Positions 24,110 through 32,000 of a DNA stretch of 32,000 bases are shown here, piece after piece. Within the stretch, counting starts at the first letter, position 1, and each line of letters starts with the position of its first letter. Both the position numbers and the translations under genes were made by a program. The stretch is from the NCBI RefSeq assembly GCF_018398935.1, contig NZ_CP074694.1, positions 1,830,001 through 1,862,000 on the forward strand. Reading direction: 5' to 3'. The DNA comes from Telmatocola sphagniphila (lineage in GTDB: Bacteria; Planctomycetota; Planctomycetia; Gemmatales; Gemmataceae). The notes beneath the pieces were generated by a model that saw only the letters and a program-made list of their open reading frames with translations, did no database searches and had not been told where the DNA came from.

Positions 24110-25552
24110 ATGGCCAGCCAGCGATTGAACCGACGATCTTTTCTCCGCGGAGCGGGCGCACTGCTCTCGCTGCCCTTCCTGGAACAATTGGCCCGGGCCC
24201 GCACCGGTTCGGTGAAACCCCCGCTGCGTTTCGGCATCTTCACCGTGACCGGCGGCACAGTTCTGGAATCGTGGAAACCACCCGCGGCCGGGACGCTCAC
24301 CAAACTCCCGTCGATTTTGAGTCCGCTCGAGTTTGCCAAATCCGATCTCCTGTTGCTCTCGGGCTTATCGAATCACGGTCGCTCGGAGGGGGGCCTCAAT
24401 GCGCACGAGCACTGTTCTCTAACGCATCTGACCGGGGCCCCGCTCGTCCGACGAATCGGCGGAAAGTTCGTGGCGGCGACTTCCATCGATCAGGTCGTCG
24501 CCAATAAACTGGGTGGCGAAACCCTGATCCCTTCGCTGCAAATCGGTCTTGCCGGGGCGGAGAACAAATATTCTTTCCGAACGCCCGATTTGGCGCTGCC
24601 CACGGAAGCCAATCCCCGTCTGGTCTTCGATCAACTGTTCCGGAATCGCAAAGCCATCGTGCCGAACTGGCCGAACCGCGCTCGAAATTCCGAGAAGACC
24701 GTGGGCGATAAACCCCAATCGCCGAACCCGGATCGTTCCGTTCTCGACCTGGTTCGCGAGGAAGCCCAGGATCTCAAACGGAACCTGGGGTACGGAGATC
24801 AGATTCGACTGGACCAGTATCTGGAAAGCGTGCGCGCCATCGAGCGGCGCATCGATTTTCTGGAACATCGCCAGCTCCTGGAAGCCAAGGATGCCTTGAA
24901 CCCCGGCCCGTCGAAATTGATCGAAGTTTCGGGATTACCGGCCGAGAATACCCCGGTCTGGAAAGTGACCCAGCCGGTCTCACGGGATCCGGAACGGCAC
25001 GAAGAATATATTCGCCTGATGGCCGACTTGATGGTATTGGCCTTCCAGACCGATAGCAGCCGCGTCTGCCTTTTTGCCTGCGGCAGCGACGAAGCGAACT
25101 TCCCGGGCGTCGTCACGGTGGGCTACGAGCGCCACTGCCACACCCTCGAACATCAAGGAAATGCCGACAAGGTGGAAAACGCCGACCCGATTGCTCGGGA
25201 AGCCCTGCGGCAGATTCATGCCTGGTACACGCGATTATTTGCCGAAATGATCCGCAAAATGAAGTCCATCGACGAAGGCGGGTCCTCCTTGCTCGACAAC
25301 ACTTTGATGCTTTACACTTCCTATATGGCCGACGGCGGCCACGGCATGAACAATTACCCGGTGCTGCTCGCGGGCAATGCCGGTGGCACGCTGAAAACCG
25401 GCCGGCATATCGAATTCAAAGCTCAGACACCGATGGCCAATCTCTACCTCGAGATCACCGACCGGTTCGGCCTCAAATTACCGAACTTCGGCGAGAGTCA
25501 CAATTCGCCGCACCAAGCGTACGACGGACGACTTCCCGGGTTGAACGGTTGA
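24110..25552 (+). CDS. DUF1552 domain protein, Tat-signal-like N-terminus
   Basis: I prefer ATG 24110 (MASQRLNRRSFLRGAGALLSLPFLEQLA), 46 nt after the upstream stop. The track's 23972 start overlaps the previous gene. Pairing with a DUF1592-family gene is the standard arrangement for this family. Confidence 0.85.
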   Translation: MASQRLNRRSFLRGAGALLSLPFLEQLARARTGSVKPPLRFGIFTVTGGTVLESWKPPAAGTLTKLPSILSPLEFAKSDLLLLSGLSNHGRSEGGLNAHEHCSLTHLTGAPLVRRIGGKFVAATSIDQVVANKLGGETLIPSLQIGLAGAENKYSFRTPDLALPTEANPRLVFDQLFRNRKAIVPNWPNRARNSEKTVGDKPQSPNPDRSVLDLVREEAQDLKRNLGYGDQIRLDQYLESVRAIERRIDFLEHRQLLEAKDALNPGPSKLIEVSGLPAENTPVWKVTQPVSRDPERHEEYIRLMADLMVLAFQTDSSRVCLFACGSDEANFPGVVTVGYERHCHTLEHQGNADKVENADPIAREALRQIHAWYTRLFAEMIRKMKSIDEGGSSLLDNTLMLYTSYMADGGHGMNNYPVLLAGNAGGTLKTGRHIEFKAQTPMANLYLEITDRFGLKLPNFGESHNSPHQAYDGRLPGLNG

Positions 25553-25580
25553 TCCCTGGAAGCGCAGAAGGCGGGATACG

Positions 25581-26468
25581 ATGTCGAAGAAAACGATCTT
25601 CCTCGCGGCGGGACAGGACGGCCTCCGAACCTCTTCGGAGGATGGTCTGATTTGGTCGAAACCGCAAACGGGTAAAGAGGGAGAATATTATAAAGCGATC
25701 GCTTTCGTGAACGGCATTTGCTTAGCCGCCGGTTCCTATGGTGGCGACAACATTCTCTCCGTGACTCGCGATGGGCAAAGTTGGAAGACGATTCTCAAAA
25801 AAGCCGAATACGTGAACTATATCCGCGGTTTGGGCGTCGATGACAAGCGATTCATCGCTCTGGGCGGCGATCCCGGAAGTGTCGGCAACTCGCGAACGTT
25901 CGTGATGCTTTCCCAAGATGGCCTAGATTGGTCCGAATCAAAATTGGTGGGCGGCAAGCATCTTTTACGACGCCTCGCCCGCGGCGGCGGACGTTTCGTC
26001 GCCGTGGGTGATCGAGGTCGCCGGGCCACCTCGGCCGATGCCGTGACCTGGACCGATGCCCCAGAGGTCAAGGCCCTCGATACCCTCGTCGACGTCACTT
26101 TCGGGAACGATGTATTCGTGGGGGTCGGGCTGCATGGCTTGCGCATGTGCAGCCGCGATGGCCTGAAGTGGACGGATCGCCAAGCCGGCGAAGAGGGCGA
26201 ACACCTCAATTCCGTGGTTTGGGCCAAGGATCGGTTTGTGGCCGTCGGACCGACGGCTACCTTCACTTCTCTCGAGGGCAAGCGTTGGGAAAAAACGAAG
26301 AATGACAACGCCCCGCAGACAATCTGTTACGGCGCGGGCAAGTTCGTCGGTCTCTCGTGGAAGGGAAAAATCCATTTCTCGACGGACGCCGTCCACTGGA
26401 AGCTAGCGGCCAAGTTCGATCAAAATCTGGAAGCCGTGGCTTTTGGGGAAGTCGAAACTTCGCCTTGA
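25581..26468 (+). CDS. Stand-alone Asp-box (BNR) beta-propeller repeat protein, no obvious signal peptide
   Basis: 295-aa ORF starting 28 nt after the DUF1552 stop. It has seven repeats with SxDGxxW-like boxes (SEDGLIW, TRDGQSW, SQDGLDW, SADAVTW, SRDGLKW, SLEGKRW, STDAVHW), each followed by a FVAVG-type strand. This repeat style matches the N-terminus of the 21268 gene. Confidence 0.75.
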   Translation: MSKKTIFLAAGQDGLRTSSEDGLIWSKPQTGKEGEYYKAIAFVNGICLAAGSYGGDNILSVTRDGQSWKTILKKAEYVNYIRGLGVDDKRFIALGGDPGSVGNSRTFVMLSQDGLDWSESKLVGGKHLLRRLARGGGRFVAVGDRGRRATSADAVTWTDAPEVKALDTLVDVTFGNDVFVGVGLHGLRMCSRDGLKWTDRQAGEEGEHLNSVVWAKDRFVAVGPTATFTSLEGKRWEKTKNDNAPQTICYGAGKFVGLSWKGKIHFSTDAVHWKLAAKFDQNLEAVAFGEVETSP

Positions 26469-26775
26469 GTTTTCGCAAAGCCTGCCATTTTTGAACCGGC
26501 TCGTGTTAGTTACCCGGGCCCTGGGCAACTCGGCTTCGTTCTTCTAACGACTTGTGGATCGCTCTTTCGGGAATCAAGGCACTTTCCCAGGAAGTATTCG
26601 TCACTAAATACCAATTTTTTCGGAAGCCTTTTGATCGCTCCACGCCCACCATCCCTCCAGTCGCTTGTCAGGAGTTTTCGAAAGTCGAGTTTCGCATTCT
26701 TCCGACAATCATTTCTCGGTTTCCCGTCCTGCGCGAGTGGCCAAGAAAGGACAATAAGGATTGAGGTGACGCGCC

Positions 26776-26828
26776 CCACGCACTCAACGAATTCCACTTC
26801 CCTGAAGAGTGGGAAGGAAAGTGCGTGG
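26776..26828 (+). promoter_or_regulatory. Nested inverted repeat in the 5' region of the DUF2092-like gene (CCACGCACT...CTTCCC-N8-GGGAAG...AGTGCGTGG)
   Basis: The outer stem is 9 bp and perfect (26776-26784 / 26820-26828), with an inner 6-bp stem. It ends about 50 nt upstream of ATG 26879, inside an unusually long (410 nt) intergenic region. Confidence 0.2.
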
Positions 26829-26878
26829 AACTCGTCTCCCGAACTCGGATTGAGTCTACTGAAAGCGGGAATAGGGAC

Positions 26879-27739
26879 ATGAAAAAAATTGCTTTGGGAA
26901 CTCTGTTTTTTGCCCTGCTCGTCGTTCTGGGTCTCTCGGTGCCTGGCTCCCCTCCGGTCGAGGCCAAAGCCATTTCCGGGCCACAAAATCCCCAGGGAAA
27001 TCCTGTCCGAGAGGTTCGGGAAATTCCCAAAATCGAGCCCAAAGCAGACGAGTATTTGAAAGCGATGTCCACTTATCTGGCCAATCTCAAAACGTACTCT
27101 TTTCAAGTCGAGGAATCGTTCGACGAAGTGGAAGAGGATGGCCAGAAAATTCAGATGAGTAATCAGCGCCACCTGTCCGTAGTGCGGCCCAATAAAGTTT
27201 TCGGAGAAGACCTGGGGGACTCGATCAATTCTTCGTTCTACTACGATGGCAAAACCGTGAGCGTTTACGATCGGGGTCAAAAAACCTACGCCACCGAAAA
27301 AGTGCCCGGCACTATCGATTCGATGTTGGAAGATCTCCATACCCGATTCGACACGCATCAGACGCTGGCCGATTTTCTATTTTCCGATCCCTACAAGATG
27401 TTTACGGAAAACTTGCTGACCGGTACTTACGTCGGATTGCATCAGGTCGGCAAAGTGAAGTGCCATCACCTCGCCTTCCAACAGAAGCTGATCGATTGGC
27501 AGATCTGGATTGATTCCGGCGATCAGCCGTTGCCGCGCAAATTCCTGATCACCTTCAAACGCCAAATGGATGAACCGCAATACTCCGCAACGATTAATCA
27601 CTGGGATGTGAATCCGAAACTCAGCGACACGCTCTTTCAATTTCAGCCCTCGGAAGGGGTTCGCAAAGTCGATTTTCTCTACCGGCATGCCGAGTCCGAG
27701 GCTCGGATCAAAGCCGGCGGCAAATCAGGCGACCGATAG
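26879..27739 (+). CDS. DUF2092-like (LolA-fold-like) periplasmic protein
   Basis: I prefer ATG 26879 (signal peptide MKKIALGTLFFALLVVLGLSVPGSPPVEAKA) over the track's 26825 start. Length and sequence style (ADEYLKAMSTYLANLKTYSF..., YYDGKTVSVYD, WQIWIDSGDQPLPRKFLITF, QFQPSEG) fit my recollection of DUF2092. The assignment is unverified. Confidence 0.65.
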   Translation: MKKIALGTLFFALLVVLGLSVPGSPPVEAKAISGPQNPQGNPVREVREIPKIEPKADEYLKAMSTYLANLKTYSFQVEESFDEVEEDGQKIQMSNQRHLSVVRPNKVFGEDLGDSINSSFYYDGKTVSVYDRGQKTYATEKVPGTIDSMLEDLHTRFDTHQTLADFLFSDPYKMFTENLLTGTYVGLHQVGKVKCHHLAFQQKLIDWQIWIDSGDQPLPRKFLITFKRQMDEPQYSATINHWDVNPKLSDTLFQFQPSEGVRKVDFLYRHAESEARIKAGGKSGDR

Positions 27740-27819
27740 CACGTAACGGGATCTGACTTCCGAGGAAAAAGATCTTTCGAATTTCTGGAGTTGATTTACC
27801 GCATGAAAGCAGCGCGATC

Positions 27820-28389
27820 ATGAAACGCATCTATCTATGTTCCGGTTGGCTGGTTCTAGCTGTATCCGTGGGTCTCGCGATAACGAGCCCTCTGACCGCC
27901 CAACGCGGCGGTCGGGGCGGCGGGGGCCATGCCGGTGGAGGGGGCCATGCGGGCGGAGGTGGCCATGCCGGCGGGGGTGGTCACGCGGCCGTGCACACCG
28001 GTTCGGTCCACTACGGGGGAGCGTCTCGAGCACAAATCGCTCCCGGATTTCGCGGCGGAAATCTCGGCGGCGTTCGAGCCCGCGGCGGGATTTCGCGGGG
28101 AATCGGATTCGGGGGCGGCTCCCGCGGTTCCGTCTACTACGCCGGCTCCGGCTTTGGCGGAGGAGGTTATCGGAATCCCTATCGCAGTGAATACTTCAAT
28201 CGCTTTCGGGTCGGCTACTTCCCCTATATCTACGAGGGGGCTCAGTACTACGCTTATAACGACCTGCCGGTCACGTATCAAATCGTCGTGATCAATGGGA
28301 TCACCTATTACGTGGCCGATGGAATCTATTACCAGGCCTACATCAACAACGGGCAAACCGTCTATGTGGCCGTCCCCGTCCCAGAATAA
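27820..28389 (+). CDS. Secreted Gly/His-rich repeat protein with Tyr-rich C-terminal domain
   Basis: 189-aa ORF with signal peptide MKRIYLCSGWLVLAVSVGLAITSPLTAQ. It continues with RGGRGGGG, (HAGGGG)x3 then HA, a Gly/Arg-rich linker, and a Tyr-rich C-terminus (YFPYIYEGAQYYAYNDLPVTYQIVVINGITYYVADGIYYQAYINNGQTVYVAVPVPE). Confidence 0.7.
   Translation: MKRIYLCSGWLVLAVSVGLAITSPLTAQRGGRGGGGHAGGGGHAGGGGHAGGGGHAAVHTGSVHYGGASRAQIAPGFRGGNLGGVRARGGISRGIGFGGGSRGSVYYAGSGFGGGGYRNPYRSEYFNRFRVGYFPYIYEGAQYYAYNDLPVTYQIVVINGITYYVADGIYYQAYINNGQTVYVAVPVPE
27916..27987 (+). repeat. Four tandem 18-nt units encoding (GGGGHA)x4
   Basis: The units are ggcggcgggggccatgcc / ggtggagggggccatgcg / ggcggaggtggccatgcc / ggcgggggtggtcacgcg. 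They are in frame within the 27820 CDS. Confidence 0.85.
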
Positions 28390-28553
28390 TTCCCCTTATA
28401 CCCAAGACTCTGGGAGTAGGCCCGCGACTTCCAGAAAACCGTGGGATTTCGTCGCAGTCGAGTGCGTGCACAAGGCTTACCGACCCGATCCAGATGTCCC
28501 TTCCGACCAATCGAATATCTATCGGAATCTCAAATAGCCCTGAGAAAATCCAC

Positions 28554-29996
28554 TTACGCAAAGACTTCTCGGACGATCCGTCCCTGAACATCGGTCAGCC
28601 GGAAGTCGCGACCGGCGTGCCGGTAGGTCAGCTTTTCGTGATCCATGCCCATCAGAGCGAGAAGGGTCGCATGCAGATCGTGCATATGCACTTTATTTTC
28701 CACCGAGTAGTAACCGAACTCATCGGTTGCGCCGTAAACGCTGCCGGCCTTCACGCCGCCCCCGGCCAGCCACATACTGAAAGCGTGCGGATTGTGGTCC
28801 CGGCCATCCCCACCTTGAGCGGTTGGAGTTCGTCCGAACTCACCCCCCCAGAGAACCAGCGTATCTTTGAGTAGCCCCCGCCGCTTGAGATCACTGAGTA
28901 GGCCGGCGATCGGCTTATCGACTTCCAGGGCATTTTTCGCGTGATCCTTGCGAAGCTCGCCATGCTGATCCCATTTGTAGCTGTGGGACACCTGGACGAA
29001 CCGAACCCCGGCCTCGGCAAAGCGGCGGGCCAGCAGACACTGTCGGCCGAAATTCTCGGTGGGCTTCGATTCGTCGATGCCGTAAAGGGCCAGCGTCTCT
29101 TTGCTCTCCGAGGCGATATCCATCACCTGGGGGGCTTCCGCCTGCATCCGAAAAGCCAGTTCAAACGCGTCGATTCTTCCTTCGAGGGCGGCATCCCGAC
29201 CCGTTGATTCCAGTTGACGGCGATTCATCTTCGCCAGGAAGTCCAACTGGATCCGCTGTTGATCGCGGGTCAGGCCCTGAGCAGAAATATCATTGATGCG
29301 GGCGTCCTTGCAGCGAATACCCGAATGACCAATCGGTGTTCCCTGGAAGGCCGCGGGTAAAAAGGCGCTGCTCCAGTTCTGAACTCCGCCGTGACCCAAG
29401 GTGGGACAGATGGTGATGAAACCGGGCAGATTCTGATTCTCGGTCCCCAGACCGTAGGTCACCCACGAACCCATGCTCGGTCGCACAAAAGTATCGGATC
29501 CGGTATGCAACTGCAACAAGGCGCCGCCGTGGGCGGAGTTGTCGGCGTGGATCGATCGAATCACACAAAGGTCATCGGCCAGCTTGCGAACTTCCGGGAA
29601 GAGATCACTCACCGGCGTTCCGCAGCTCCCGCCGGGTTTAAATTCCCAGGGCGATTTCAACAGGTTTCCTGTGGCCGCAAATTGGACGCGCGGCTTTTGA
29701 CCCGGAAATGGCTTGCCATCGTATTTGGCCAGCATCGGTTTGGGATCGAAGGTGTCGACCTGACTGGGCCCGCCGTGCATGAACAAGAAGATGATGCGCT
29801 TGGCCCGGGCGGGAAAGTGCGGTTTGCGAACGGCCAGCGGATTCTCGCTGGGGGGGGAGTCGGAGCCCGCCTGAGTCGTTTGCGCCAACAGGCTGTTCAG
29901 CGCCAGTAATCCAAAGCCGCTCGCCGTCGTGCGGAGGGCTTCGCGACGACTCATCACCGGGGTGAAACGGTTGCAGAAGCTGCGGGACTTTTCCAT
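28554..29996 (-). CDS. DUF1501 domain protein (second copy), Tat-signal-like N-terminus
   Basis: 480-aa ORF. GAGGAG lies 5 nt upstream of ATG 29996, and the gap to the upstream PSD1-type gene is 35 nt. Motifs include SRREALRTTASGFGLLAL, IFLFMHGGPSQVDTFDPKP, WGGEFGRTP, GRDHNP and LLALMGMDHEKLT. Confidence 0.9.
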   Translation of the reverse strand: MEKSRSFCNRFTPVMSRREALRTTASGFGLLALNSLLAQTTQAGSDSPPSENPLAVRKPHFPARAKRIIFLFMHGGPSQVDTFDPKPMLAKYDGKPFPGQKPRVQFAATGNLLKSPWEFKPGGSCGTPVSDLFPEVRKLADDLCVIRSIHADNSAHGGALLQLHTGSDTFVRPSMGSWVTYGLGTENQNLPGFITICPTLGHGGVQNWSSAFLPAAFQGTPIGHSGIRCKDARINDISAQGLTRDQQRIQLDFLAKMNRRQLESTGRDAALEGRIDAFELAFRMQAEAPQVMDIASESKETLALYGIDESKPTENFGRQCLLARRFAEAGVRFVQVSHSYKWDQHGELRKDHAKNALEVDKPIAGLLSDLKRRGLLKDTLVLWGGEFGRTPTAQGGDGRDHNPHAFSMWLAGGGVKAGSVYGATDEFGYYSVENKVHMHDLHATLLALMGMDHEKLTYRHAGRDFRLTDVQGRIVREVFA

Positions 29997-30031
29997 CGGA
30001 TTCTCCTCGAAAAGGTCAGAGCGTCATCGAC

Positions 30032-32000
<1,969 letters not shown>

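Overview
This 32 kb chromosomal window has a gene repertoire typical of Planctomycetota. That assignment is an inference from family content: two DUF1549/DUF1553 (PSD1-type) + DUF1501 gene pairs, one DUF1592-family + DUF1552 pair, an ECF sigma factor + Ser/Thr kinase pair, and a kinase fused to an FGE-sulfatase-like domain. I can support 21 protein-coding genes, two of them truncated by the window edges, plus one tRNA-Arg(CCT). I saw no rRNA, CRISPR array, transposase, integrase or phage genes. Most of the window is ordinary, although many families have unknown function. The stand-out locus is 15.7-17.9 kb. A 70-aa ORF has a hydrophilic leader ending in a double-glycine-like IPAGG and a 35-aa core with six Cys in a C-X6-C-X7-CC-X5-C-X6-C framework. 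It lies 36 nt upstream of a cytoplasmic subtilisin (S8) that carries the C-terminal domain I recognise from the cyanobactin proteases PatA/PatG. No other canonical RiPP enzymes, such as a YcaO, lanthipeptide synthetase or exporter, are in the window. The locus lies in a compositionally mosaic stretch. It is flanked upstream by a membrane Ser/Thr kinase with an extracytoplasmic FGE-like domain and downstream by a convergent FAD monooxygenase. Secondary observations are a Asp-box (BNR) propeller module present both fused and free in the DUF1592/DUF1552 cluster, a secreted protein with a (GGGGHA)x4 repeat next to a DUF2092-like protein, and a lone ankyrin-repeat gene beside the tRNA. All family assignments rest on motif recognition by eye, since no database search was possible.
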